DNA of 56,286 nucleotides, the filler included, from Sphacelaria rigidula (lineage: Eukaryota): NCBI GenBank assembly GCA_964200075.2. It is 3 parts of 3 records of this genome, joined end to end, with 100 filler letters (N's around TTAATTAATTAA, not from the genome) between each part and the next. Parts side by side here need not be neighbours in the genome. Positions count along the whole stretch, not along the records: positions 18,797 to 37,492 come from CAXNAA020000812.1; 2 more parts are not named here. One strand, given 5' to 3'. Made by a program: the position numbers and the translations under genes. Below, in pieces: positions 22,040 through 35,096 of this stretch. How positions within the stretch are numbered: the stretch's first letter is position 1; each line of letters begins with the position of its first letter. The notes beneath the pieces are model-generated. The model was not told where the DNA came from, ran no database searches, and saw nothing but the letters and a program-made list of their open reading frames with translations.

Positions 22040-22765
22040 TGTGTGTGTGTATGTTTGTGTGTTGTCCCATCTATCCCGGACGCCGGTCTACACCTTTCGG
22101 TATATGTGGGCGCACTAGCCGGGGTCACACAGGAGTAAGGCCAACACAGGAGCTTTTTTTTATTTTTTTATTCGTTTGTAGTACCCCATCTTTTTCTCAT
22201 GTGCGGTGCTTGGCTTTTTTTTTCATCGCGAGAGGGGTGTGGCAGTCCCTTTCTCTCGTCGACTGTCAAGTCGAATTTTGTGTACGTGGTCGGTCGCCCC
22301 GGTGGCTCAGTTGGTAACCTCGTAACCCTCTGACGGTTGAGTTGTGGGGTTCGATTCCCGAAGCGATCTGGGATTCCCTTACATCATCCCCAAGAGTGGA
22401 GAGCGACCATGTCGTGGGCACACAACATTCGATTTAACGGTTGACGAGGGAAATGACCTGCTAAACCCTTCTCGCGATAAAAAAAAAAGCCAAGCACCCC
22501 AGAAGGAAGGTGGGGTACTATATAAAAAAAAAACTCCCGTGTTGACCTTCCTCCTGTGTGACCCCGGCTGATGCGCCCACATATCCCGAAAGGAATAAAC
22601 TGGCACCCAGAACAAAAGGGACTACAACACCCAACACACATGACATAGTCGCTCTCCACTGTCGGGCATGAGAAAAAGATCCCAGATCGCTCCGAGAATT
22701 GACCCCACGCCCCCACCCGCCAGAAGGTATTGTGGTCACCAACTGAGCCACCAGGGCGACCGGCC
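22040..22765 (-). mobile_element. tRNA-SINE (minus strand) split by a nested SINE
   Basis: Tail half at 22040-22285 and head half at 22641-22765 rejoin at TGTAC|(CCA)TGACATAGTC. Confidence 0.8.
22288..22640 (+). mobile_element. Full-length tRNA-derived SINE
   Basis: GGTCGCCCCGGTGGCTCAGTTGG (A box), anticodon-like arm TAACC-CTCTGAC-GGTTG, B box GGTTCGATTCCC, CA-rich tail. Confidence 0.85.
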
Positions 22766-25700
22766 TTCAATTGGGAAATAACAACATTCGAATAATCAGA
22801 AACGTATGCACATACCTCGGATTTATTATTCTGTTGCTCACGGCCCTTTCGTCTTCATGTGAATGCATCAATCAAAACTTGTGCATGAATTAAATGTTCC
22901 GAGAGTCGAATTATTTGTTCTTTGACAGCAAGGGGTTTGGATCCTGACCTTGACTCAATCGTATATAAAAATCAGCATGCAACATGTTGCATTGGCATAC
23001 GCTGCGCAGACTACTTACTGTATACTTCTTTTCTTGTGAGCGGTCCATCAATTTCAGGTGAACTGATTCCCATTATACAGGTGACCCATCCCCGGCGTTC
23101 AAAATGTTTTTTTTGTCGAAATCGACGCCTGCGGCGCAGATGCGAGGTCTGCCAACACACACTCTGTCAAGGGAAACCAATGCACTCCCCTTGCCTGAGG
23201 GTCTCGTACGCCATGGGTCGGGTTAGCGTTAGGGTTAGTGTTGATGTTTCTTCGTTCAAGAAGATCAACCATAGATTTACGCTCGAAGCTACAGGTCGCC
23301 TCCCCAACAGATAGGCCGACCTACCGTCCCTGACACGTCGTCTTGAGTGAAATAAATACCGATACACCTGTGCGCTTTGGTGATGTTCCGTTATATTGCC
23401 TAGCACGGTTTTTGTGCATGCAGCACGCTTTCCCCCCCTTTTTGTTGATTTCGCCGCCTTGAATCCTCCTCCAGTCGAAAGCGTAGTACCGTCACCAGCG
23501 TGCAGTTTCGTAGGAACACTGGTTGGAGGGGTGTTCCGTCGGTGAATAAGCTTTCCAATTGATCCTTCTCTTGCCGTGGTGAGACTACCGTCATTATTTT
23601 GCTACAACAAACAACCTGTCAACAACTATAGTGCCGAAAGCTACCCCGCCTGGACGCCCGAGCTCATCACCGCGCCGACAACACGAGAGGATTAGACAGA
23701 AGGTCAGCATCGTCCACACAGCTCGAGGAGGTCATCAATCCATCGATCTCATCATCAACTCGCCACAGCATACGTTGGCCTGCCGTTGTCTGTGCGGTAA
23801 TTCTTCTGCTTGCCTTTCCCCGTTTTTTTTTCGGGCTTCTCGCCATCAACAACGTTCCACTGTTTGAGCAGTTTCCTCCCTCCCATTGTACCTGTTTGTT
23901 CCTCCACCAAGGGAACGACATTCACGACTGAGTTGGTCACCCAAGGCCCAAGCTTCCTGAAGGAAGACACCAACAGTACACAAGAAACCAACATAACACA
24001 ACGCGCGTTTTCCAACCGTCGTGAAAAGCGTGCAGCACGACATTTTCTCCCACCGAACCCTTCCCTATCAGCCCACCCCACAGATACCCTTTATCCCTTC
24101 GCCGAGAATCATCCGCTATCTTGTGGCACCGCTCGCGTCTCCCCGCTGGAGCCAAGAGTTTTTGGGCAGTGACACATCACCCAACCGGCGAAGAACCGGA
24201 GAATGATACTTTGGAGGTCTCTCCCGGAAAGTTGCTACAACACCAGGTGCAGTGCATATCACCTCATCAACAGACCACCGTGTCCTGCCAGTGAAAATCG
24301 CGTATCAGGGTTGTACGGTGTTTATAATAGGTGCGAACGTATGTTTCGCTTCGTAAATTCATCTTTTCAGATCATATCAAAGATATTCATATTTCATGCA
24401 AGGCTATGAGTTTGGGAAAAAGCCTGGTCCAAAACACATATTGTTTCAAACGTAGGCCGGTCCCACTGGACAGGTTGATAAAAGCATCTACTCCATCTTC
24501 AGGCTCTGCTAGAGGGACGAGGTCGGCGTTCATGCATTACATTTTTTTATCCATACTCTGCATGCACATTGTTCGCTCTTATTCTGTTGTGTTGTATCGT
24601 TGAAACTACCGGGGCACTACACCTGGCCAAGCAAAGTGCTTCGCTCCGCCGGTACAAGGGTCGAGACCCGTTCACATCAGTGGTTCATTCGTTGGGAACT
24701 CATCTAGAAAACGAAGATGAGACCCATATTTTTTCTTCTTCCCCTTTCTTGTCGAGTCTTTTCTTCTTGTATCTTGGGTGTGCGTGCTACTGTCCCACCT
24801 ATTCTGGACCTGGACGCCAGGCTGCACCTCGCGGTATATGTAGGCGCATCAGCTTGACCGCTTGGCCGCGAGCATGGGTCGTCTGTTAGACCAACGTCAC
24901 GTTCACTCAAAATATTAGGCCATAACCAGATGACCTTCCCACGTGGTCAAAGGGTGAACATACCCTGATGGTCGAAAGCGTCAATGCTTCGACCACGAAA
25001 AGATTGGCTCTTCATAGCAGAAGAGTTAGGATACCAAACTTGAGATACACAATGATGCTCTGAGAACTGCTAACTTGATGGACGGACCTGAACGGATTGC
25101 TGCAAAGTCAACGAGCTGACTCTCCGAAGGCCAAGGGCCCGAGATCCTTACCGTAGGTGGAACGGTGTACCAGACACAATCTGGGCAAAATGAGGGGTGC
25201 AGTGGCGTACGTATCATTGTCTCGAATGGATTGCTTCGCGGCCAAGTGGTGAAGCAATGTTGCACCGCTGTGGGAGACTAGGGATCACGAAATGCGTGTT
25301 ATGTATGTTATGATCGAGGGTGCGCTGGTGTACAAACGAGGGACCTAGCCATGATCTTGGGGCTGGCTACGATGTTGTTCCGAAAGGTAACGTCGCACGT
25401 GTTCGAATTTATGGCATGCACCACACACACACACACACATACACGCGAAGAGAGTTGAGGATTGAGAGAGATGTCTGATTTAGCATGTCGTGCTGGGAAC
25501 TTCATCCGTCTCTCCTCGCGGTTGTTGCTACTCAATGCTGAACTGACCTTTCTCGGTGACGGGAAGGTGGGAAAAGCACAGGAGATAATAGAATATACAG
25601 TACCGGTACATGAAATGGCAGCGAGGGCAGACGCGTCAACATGCTCTTGTGCTTCCGGCAAGATTCGGTATTAGATTGAGGCTCGCGTTCCCATTACTCT

Positions 25701-26147
25701 TCTCGTCGTTGGAGCACGTAGGAAAAATCGTCGCATTTTGCAAGCAGCACTTGTTTCAACCCGTCGATTGCGGTGCGGTTAGTCCATCTAGATCACGCAC
25801 ACTTTTTTCCAGTAAATACTGGTGCCGATTCAGCAGGCGACCTACCCTCGCGGTCTACGGGCTGATACCAGGAGTTGCTTGGCTTGGGCTACATGCCGCA
25901 AGCATCAAAACATGCGGTGGAAGTGCCGCACATTTCCAAGGGGCGAGTATTTACGGTGGGACTTCATATTGAAAAAAGCGTCTATTTCGAGTGAAATTGA
26001 TGCCGATTCAGCAGGCGACCTACCCTCGCTGTCAAAGGATACCGAGAGTAGGTCATGTACTTGATTGGCATCAATTTCACTCGAAAAAAGTTCACATGAT
26101 CCGGATGAACCACCCTCCCCCTCTAGGGTATAAATCTCGGAAAATCA

Positions 26148-26474
26148 TTGGTAACCTCGTACTCATCTGACGGTTGAGTTGTGAGGTTCGATTCCCGGAG
26201 CGATCTGGGATTTTTTCTTACACCATGCCCAACAGTGAAGAGCGACTATGTCGTCGGTACACAAAATTCGACTTGACCGTCGACGAGGGAAAGGGACTGC
26301 TGAACTCCTCTCGCGATCAAAAAATTAAGAGGCAAGCACCGCAGAAGAAATGTGGGGTATTGAAAATTTATATATATAAAAAGCTCCTGTTTTGGCCTCG
26401 GCCGATGCGCCCACATATCCCGAAAGGGGTCGACTGGTGCCCAGAATAGATCGGACAACACAACACAAAACACA
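26148..26474 (+). mobile_element. tRNA-SINE copy, 5' truncated
   Basis: Same body and tail as 22288-22640. Confidence 0.8.
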
Positions 26475-27429
26475 TGAACCATATGCCGGAGTACTTTCCA
26501 GGAGGGACCATAATCATCCTTCCGCACAGCATTCTATCTGTACGAGGAACTCCTCGCCGTGCGCGTGCGCTCGTAGGCCGTAGAAGGAAAATTCCACGTG
26601 CTGCCGACACCCGAAGATGTATTCGAAGTCGCGGCTGCCGAAAAGGCGGCGTGATGACGACAGTCCAAGCATGGCGTATGTGTTCATACATGATGCTCAC
26701 GGTTGCACAAGCGCTGTTGAATCGAAGACCGGGAGGGTAGTCCATGTGTATAACGTATACTTTTTTGAAGTAAAATTGATGCCAATTTGACGAATGAACG
26801 ACTTGACGTCTTGGGGTTGGTAAATATGACACGTCACCACGTTGGGCATGCAAAAACGCTCGGCATTCCTACATCAGTGGACAAGACAACATCTTGCACG
26901 TATCCACGTCCGCACGCATCAACATTCAGTGAAGTGAGGGTACCCCGCTCTTCATATGTGGACGAGTATCCATACCATGCTTGCAAACAGTATATCCAAG
27001 TCTTCCTCGCTCAAGAGTTTGCGCGCCCATTTGTGCCCTGCGCAATGAGTATGGAGCTCAAAGTGTGGAACAAAACCCAACCATTACTCCTCCGTTTGTT
27101 AGCCCGTCACAGCCCCAACGAGAACATGAATCGCACGTTGCTGGTGGTGAGAGGGTCTGAATTCCGAGCAGCTCTTGTACTTCTAGTGGTGTGTTGGAGG
27201 ATTGTGCACCTCCGGGGTGGGCCTGTTCACCATCTCGGGTGCCTTCGAGCGACGCCGCGATAGCTCCTCCCCCCACAAAAATGGCTAATTCTACATGTAA
27301 TCCTAAATGCGAAAAGCCGATGATACCAAGGAGCCGGCAACTCCCAGGCTTGCGATCGTTTTCGCTAATGTCGCTCATATGAGGGGCTGCATCAAGTCTT
27401 GAACCAGCTATTATGCGGTGTATGGTCAA

Positions 27430-27809
27430 GCCGTTCGCTCCGGTGACTCCGTTGGTAACCTCGAAACCCCCTGAGGGCTGCGCCGTGGGTTCAAGGTACG
27501 AAGTGATCTGGTATTTTTCCTCACACCATGCCTAACAGTGGAGAGCGACCGTCGTGGGTACACGGAAGCCGACTCAACGTTTGACGAGGGCAAGGGACTG
27601 CTGAACCCCTCTCGCGATCAAAAATAAAGGAGAAGCATCGCAGAAAGACGATGGAGTTCTCAAAACGAAACAAGAAATAATTAAACTCCGGTGTTAACCT
27701 TCCTCCTGCCTGACTGCAACGGATACGCTCACACATACTGAAAGGTGTATGTATGCCGGCGTCCAAAACAGATGAGACGATAACACACACACACACACAC
27801 ACACACACA
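27430..27809 (+). mobile_element. tRNA-SINE copy with (CA)n tail
   Basis: Diverged A and B boxes, same body. Confidence 0.8.
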
Positions 27810-28602
27810 TGTTTCTTTTTTGGGAGGGAGGTGCTGTCGCGTCAACATTCCTTGGCTTCTGACCATCCCACGCACCTCTTGGATTTTACTGACTGTCCAA
27901 CAGCAGCCTAACGCCGGACCTGGCTCCAACTCCAACCAAGGCAGACCGTGAAGCCTCAAGCAAAGAGATTGTACAAACAGTTACCCAGGAAGATGTGCAT
28001 TGGTTTCACTGAAATAAGTGCCCGCAGGTCCCTACTTTGGCAAAGATGCGTTGCGGCACGGCGCCTGTTGTGCCGTGGCACAGGAGAACCTCTTGAATCA
28101 TGGGGAAACGATTTCAAACACTCTTGTCAGATTCACAGTCCAGGATATGCATGAGAGTGAGAAGCGGTCGGATAGTGAATGACAGACGCTCAGTTTCGAA
28201 ATGTCCCTCCGGGCCTCATACGAGGTCCGATATTCTTTCTGTCCTAAATTGAGACCGAAGCCTTTGTTATCTTGCAGTAGGATACCGACGTGTAGCTGTA
28301 AGCACACAGCAGTGTCGCGAGCTGGACCAGCCTAGAAGCGGATTTTTAGTTTGCAGGGCCATTGTCACCTTAATTTTTAGAGTTTGACCCTGAAATTTGG
28401 TGTGGACAATAAAATGGGCATAAATATATGAAATATTGACCGAATCGAAGTTTATTTTCATGATTAAACGGGGTTGTACTGAGATCTGGGAAATGATGAC
28501 GACCCCTTAGGCCGCTCCCTGAAAGAGACAGAGATGAAAATATGGAAAAGTGCCTTTTCGGAGCTTCCACGTCGTTTTACCCTCTGGAAGAGAGCTAGGT
28601 AA

Positions 28603-29108
28603 AGTTTGACACCCTAGAATGACTTGCCTTACTGTACTCGTTAGGGCGGTTCCAGGACATCTTCCCGTTCTTCGGTGGCCGCAGGTTTTATTTTGGCCGA
28701 ACAGGAATTTGTGTCCAAGCACGATCATAAACAGCCAATCTAGTTAAAAACGCCATTTTTTGCGGCACTTGGTCGTTGTTAGGCCGCTTCTTGAAGACTG
28801 AAGAAAAATATGTCTGAAAACTGCCCTTTTGAACCTCTCATCACGGATTATTGGCAGAAGAGGGGCCTTGGCGGATTTGGCCTCCTCGGAAAGATTTGCT
28901 CTATTTTCCATGACGACGTGAAAAATCCAGAATCCGGCCAAGAAGAAAAACTGGGAATACGGAATTGTTCAAAAGGGCAGTTTTCAGACATATTTTTCTT
29001 CAGTCTTCAAGAAGCGGCCTTGGACGAAAATTCTGCGTTCACCGGAAACGGAAATATGTCCTGGTACCGTCTCAACTAGTGCAGAAAGTCATTCAAAGGT
29101 GTCAAACT
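28603..29108. mobile_element. Foldback element
   Basis: Perfect 54-bp inverted repeat 28781-28834 / 28967-29020 inside diverged outer arms 28603-28685 / 29030-29108. Confidence 0.8.
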
Positions 29109-31304
29109 CCGCCTACCCACGTTTGGTGTATGTATGTGTTGAAATCGTGTGGAACCTCGCCGAGGCGTATTGAACCAGAGGAATGGGTCAGCTTAGGGTG
29201 AGAAGTGAAGTTGACGTTCATAAGTCACAAGGAAATTCAAAGATGCCTGAAATCGTATGCTCTACTCAGACCTGGGCAGTAGTTTCCACGTCAGTTAGTT
29301 CATCGTCCAATTTCCGTGGGTTCACAAAATATTCGACTTCAATCAAGGTTGAGCGGGGTTGGATCTTTCTAGGGCTGTCAGTCCTGCGGACTTCCATCAT
29401 CAAATGCAGCACGCGGTTTTGCCCCAACCGGTGGCTCTGTCAAGGCACGCTTCACCTTGGCCACCACACATTGCGTACCTATCCACCTCGAGGGTTTTCG
29501 GCCCATCTTGGCTTGGATCAGGGTTCGGTTAGAGTCGGGGTGATATCAAGAATGCGTTTATCATGATAACAGTGATGTGACGACGAACTCGCGTAACCGG
29601 CCTCGACGTGAGCGGGTAATTTACGGGAACTCAAGTGCTTATTTTTCTTTTGTGAATCTTCGTGAATCGGCACCGTTTTGACTTGTACATGATACCGATT
29701 CACAAAATCAAAAATCAGCACTCCCTGGGGGCTCTAGTTCTCGAATGGTTAACGAAGAACTTTCCACAGCGCAAGGAATGTCCAGAGGCGTGTGTGCAGC
29801 ATTGGTTTTTCGTCATGGTCGATGGAGGCGGGTGTACGTTTTTCTCCCTCCATGAACCATTCGGTTGGGCCCTGTGCAGTGCTACATGTTCGAGTGCATG
29901 TACCGCTGGTGCAGCCAACGTATATGGTGATCCGTCTCCATGCGTCGCCGCCAATGCATCTCGTTGAGATTATTTCACAAAGGAGAATCACACACGGCAC
30001 ATGCATAGCACAGTCCTTCTGCACTCAAACCCCGCTTTGTTTACGTACAATGCACGTTCAGTACCGTGCCGTATAATAGGGAGCGTGTCTTCACCATTTC
30101 TGATTTCCCCAGATTCCCCCGATAACACCTCTTACTGGCGTCAGAAATTGGACTGAAAACCCCCCGAATCTGCATAGACCCAAATCCGTGCAAAATCTGG
30201 CTGGTTCATGTTTGCGAAAGTCGGGTTTGCGGCAACCTCATCATGGCTTCAGAGATTTGTTGAAGAAGTTCTGTACGTATACGCATGGCCGTTTTCTCCA
30301 AGGGGTGAGATACTGCCTACTGGTGAAGCCCGACAGCAGCCAATGAATCAAGTGCAGTATCGTACCGCGGTATCCTTGGGTATTACAGAGCGGTATACTG
30401 CATCATCACATTCTACGATGATGCCGTGCGTTCATACATGATGGTGCAGTCAGTTGGCGGAAATAATTCTTTCCCATTCGGCGAGTTTCGAGCCAAAGCT
30501 AAATATTTTTGAGGGGGGCCCTGTAACTCTCACCACGTACCCTCCCCCCCCCCCGCCCCTCGAAATTTTGGAGACATAATCCTGGGATGGAGTCATGATT
30601 CTGTGAAATTTTCAGAGAAAAACTCGTTGATCTTGCCCAGGTGTCGAGTCATAACAGTATATCCCGTTGGCCAACCGCGATCACGCAAAAAGCAGTAAAA
30701 GCACCGGAAACCCCCCGAGTTTTCAAATGGCTCCGAATGAAGCTGAAACCTCCATGTCACGGTGATTATGGGGTGGGGATCACGAAGCCATTGTCAAAAT
30801 TTCATAATTCGTTTCTGGTCCAAAGTTACATGGGAGCTCATGCCGCCCCGCTAACCGCTACACTCTGGCTGCCCATAATTTCGAGGGCAGAGTCCGGGCA
30901 CGAGTTTGGGTCTGAGCAGCTTTCTGAGTGGCTCTACCCCCTTATTTCGGCCAAGTGGAAGCGATTGCCGTCGATTCCTCGAACAAAAACGTTCGGGAAG
31001 GCGGAGAAAAAACATCTGGCCGAAGGAAAATTTCGTTTTTCGTTGGAAATTTTTCTCGACGTCATTTTTGGGCGTCTCAGGACAAACTACGAAGTCGATT
31101 TTTGATTTGTTTTTGTTCAAGCCCGGAAAGCCCACTATGCCTTAGATCGGAACCCGTCCATCAAGGAGGAAACCTCGCCCAACACCCACCCCGCGAGCGG
31201 GCCCGCGTGCCGATTACCCGGAGGCTCGGCCAGACCGCCTCGCGGTAGTCATACGGGGTGAGCGCCTCGAGTGTTCCCAGGCTTTGCTCAAGGCGGAGTG
31301 CGAG

Positions 31305-31800
31305 TTGATTGATTTGATCGATTGATTGTCGCACTTCAACTGACCCCGCGCAGGGACCCAGCCGTGGGTGGTCACGTGATAGACGTACCCAAGACAAAAC
31401 AAAACTGAAACACTCGCTGAAGAAAAAGTCGAAGTCAAGGAGAGCAAAGCACAGAAATAAATGGCCGGTCTCGAACAAAAAATGAAGGAAGTTAACCCTT
31501 AGACCGCGAGGTTAGTCTTCTGTTGAATCGGCATCAATTTCAAGGGGAAAAAAGTATGCATGATGCATGAAGACTAATATCGCGGTCCAAGGGTTGAAAT
31601 AAGTAGAGAGCCCGAGAGATTTAGGGCAGCAGAGTAGATGTAGGCACACACCAGTGGGCAGACACCGCAGATCCATCGACTAAGCACACAATCAACAACC
31701 GATATGGGCAGACATCATTGTTCGATTGGCGACCTTCAACGCAGCAGCCTCTCGTTTGTGACGGCGGTCTTTTTCTCGTGTGTCCGCGCGTCGCCATGGG
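31305..31800 (-). mobile_element. 3' end of an RTE-type LINE with (CAAT)n-like tail
   Basis: Encodes WRRADTREKDRRHKREAAALKVAN, matching the LINE ORF end at ~45810-45960; TTGATTGA repeats at 31305-31328. Confidence 0.6.
31492..31597. mobile_element. piggyBac-like MITE
   Basis: TTAA-CCCTTAGACCGCGAG...TCGCGGTCCAAGGG-TTGA. Confidence 0.75.
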
Positions 31801-32304
31801 TGTAGGACCCAGTCAACTTGGGGCAGTGCACGCGCTGCGCTACTCTCACGAGCTTGGGCCCTAGGATTACGACAACATTGTGTAAGGACAGAGCAAAACA
31901 AGTGCAGTGTAGTACATCACCCTGCAAGTTTAACAGGAGAGAGTAGGGTAGTACAGCACCGTTCGTCAAGGTGAAACAGACGGTAGTGCAGTGCAGTATA
32001 GTACCATCGCCGTGGGGCCCGTCGCCAACACTTCTAATATCCGCTTGTCAAACCCCGAGCGCGCTATCCGTGCTACGGTGCTGCTCGAGCAGCTGGTGCG
32101 GGGAGGCATGGCCTGTGCTGTCACGAGACTCTCTGCTTTGCATTTCCAAATAGATGAAAAGCCTCTTGCCCTATCACCATACGTCACTGTAAGTACGTCA
32201 CATCCCTACAGATCAAGAGGATTTCAACTTTCCCCCAATCTATAACTCAGAAACAGGGAAATTTGTGCGAAAATCGAAAACTCCCGATTTTGAGCTACTT
32301 TTTT

Positions 32305-32714
32305 ACGTATCGAAACATAAAAGTTGTTGAACAGTGCTTTTTTGGCGCCCTTCTCCGTCGTTTTTGTCCCCAAAAGAGGGCTAGGCGGATGTGGACACCT
32401 AGGAAGGACTTGCTCTACTCGCTGAGACCGTTCCAGAGCACCTTTGCGTTTTCTCTAGGTCACAGTTTCGTTCCTGGCCAAAAATGCATTTTCGGTAACA
32501 AACGGTTAAGTTATAAAAAAACAGGGGGGAAGGCATTTTTGGCGAAGAACAAAACTGCGACCTACAGAAAACGCGAAGGTGCTCTGGAACGGTCTCAGCG
32601 AGTAGAGCAAGTCCTTCCAAGGTGTCCACATCCGCCTAGCCCTCTTTTGGGGACAAAAGCGACAGAGATTGGCCAAAAAAGCACTGTTGAACAGCTTTTA
32701 CTTTTCGATACATG
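32305..32714. mobile_element. Foldback/MITE with ~185-bp arms
   Basis: 32305-32490 is a close reverse complement of 32533-32714. Confidence 0.85.
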
Positions 32715-34732
32715 AGAAGTAGCCTTACACCATTTCTTATGGGGAAAATTTGTGCTTCTACAAATTCGAGGATTTCAGCCGGTCTGCTGGCGATTTTCTC
32801 CCGTGAAATTATTTTCGGACTCCAGTCGGTGAAGTTGCGTTTCTCAGCTAGCTAAGATAAATCTAGAAGGGTTCTCCGATTCTATGGACGTTGGCTGTTG
32901 GTGTGTCACCTCTCTGCTCATACCAACACTTCCGAATATGCGTATACAACAAACAGATCTACGGCCCATCTGTCCCTTGCACTCACGTATCCGTGAGTGT
33001 CTCGATATGAGCAGAAATGTCACATGCCAAAAATTGCTGTTCGGTGAATCGGAGAATCGATCTGGTTTTCTAACAGCTAGCCGAGAAACGGTACCTCACG
33101 GACTGGAGTCCGAAAAATCAACCCACCGGAGAGTATCGCCGGTAGATGGGATGAAATCCTCAGACTTTGAAAGTACAGATATGTCCCGATAATACAACAA
33201 ACGATCTGAGCTCCCCCAATCTGGGCCATTTTGGGGTCCATACGAGGGAAACTCCGGTCTGCGTACAGATGAAGAATTTGACTCATGTATATACCGTCTT
33301 CAACGGATAGGGACCTGAGCGGTCTAGGTCGACTGACTGCCTCGGGGTTTTGGTTCTGATTTTTGGTGCCTCCACAATCCCGCGAGTTCTTGGGGCATGG
33401 CGTTTTGTAGTCTTGGATGGACGCCAGAAGCGCATGGACACTCAGCAGAAGTGATGGTACAAAAAAAAATGGATATTGGTCAAGAGGCGTGCAGCGGGAG
33501 TAATGTCCTGTGGGTGAGCGAGGGGGATGCTTTTTGTCGCCCCTTGTGTGTCGTTGAGCCGTGGATACTGTCTTCATGGACGTTTACGCGAGGCCGTCGT
33601 GATATCTTCAAAGTTGAGATATGTTTGACGTCTAGTCTGGAACCAACAGAGTAGCGTCTTCAGAGGGCTGGCATTCTCAAGCAGTAGAGTTTGTCCTAGT
33701 TCGGTGCCGTTCAATCCATGGTTGCGTGATCTGAGTAATGGATGTGAAATCCACATTTAGTGTATTTAGTTCCTTTGTAATATACTGACTTTAGTATAGG
33801 ATATGATGTGCACCATATCTCAAGTCACGGGCACCATTTCTCGAGATGAATACGAATTAGATGAAGGTGAGGTTATCGATCGTTTCCCCGTGCTCCAGGG
33901 AATGTTCGCACCAAAAATCGTCATTATCCGCTGTATACGTCGTTTGGCGTTTCATATATGAAGACTTCAGTATGGACGCAATCTCCGTACTGTATGGGAA
34001 TGGGTCGACATGGTATTTTATCATAAAATAAAAATTCATCCAGAATTTTGAGCAGAGGGGCATCTTTTTTCGAATTAGACTTTCGATAGGATATGCACAT
34101 CACGGGCCAATTCGTCTTTGTCGATGAGATTTTGCTTTGAGAGCTAAAATCCGTTTCTACGCCGGACCAGCTTGTATTTCTCTCGTGTATTCTATTCTGT
34201 CTGTACCCTCCTTTTGCGCACCCGTTTTCGTACGTGACCGTATGTTACTACACCTTCTTCTCCCTACCCTGATTTTGTTCGTGGCCGTGTCTGGTATTGT
34301 GTGTATGTGAGGTCCGAGAACCTCGCATGTGCTGTACCCTGATTTTTTGTGTCTCCTGTTTTGCACGCGCCGTCGTTGTGGCTGTACCCTCTCTTTATTT
34401 GTCAGTAGCGCGACTTTGTTTTACCCTGCTGTTCAAAATGCTGTGCAAGATCTGATACCAGTCGCACGTGCTCGGGTATAATCAGTATGCCGCTGCGCCG
34501 CTCGCCGCTGGGGTGATGCTGTACCTGCCTACTCAGTCTGTCGTCATGTCATCACAATGGCACACGTGAAAAAATCGGTCGAATCACTAAAACTGTTTGA
34601 AAGCTAGTCGTCTACTGTACAAAACGCGATAGCATCATTTCCAACCAATGTGTATGTGTTGGATGATGTACAAGACAGGGTGTGCGTGTTGAATGCAATG
34701 GCTTATGTGGCGCATGGTTTTGCACATCCTAG

Positions 34733-35096
34733 GTCAACACAAGATGAGCTGTACGACAGGATAGCCGGGTTGCAGCGGCATCTCGAGCTGGATCATGACA
34801 TCACGGCCTCTCAACCACCTCAAGCGTATGTTGTCGATGCCGACGGCAACACCAAGGTCGTGCTGCTCAACACTCCGGAGTTGCGCTCGAGGCATCACGC
34901 TATCCAACTTCAGCAGCAGAAGAAACAGGCAGCTGCAGCAGGTTATTGCGCGGGGTCTAGCATCAGTGCTGGAGCATTGCATGGGGTCAATTTCCGCGTT
35001 TCCAAGCGGTATCGTTGTCTTGCAAACCCCGATGGTCAAGTTGCACGGGGAATGGGTTTCGTATACGAGGGAATGGACTTGGCCGAGGGTACCAAG
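34733..35096 (+). CDS. Internal exon ending in the N-lobe start of a protein-kinase domain
   Basis: cctag|G TCA...ACC AAG|GTGAGC; ends KRYRCLANPDGQVARGMGFVYEGMDLAEGTK, resembling kinase subdomain I up to the VAxK strand. Confidence 0.65.

Noticed and set aside
22288-22375. Functional tRNA gene
   Set aside because: It is the head of a multi-copy SINE with divergent copies and no poly-T terminator after the cloverleaf
27901-28002. Possible upstream kinase-gene exon (SLTPDLAPTPTKADRE...EDVH), phase-compatible with 34733
   Set aside because: Good acceptor but weak donor (TG|GTTTCA) and no recognisable homology; not supportable
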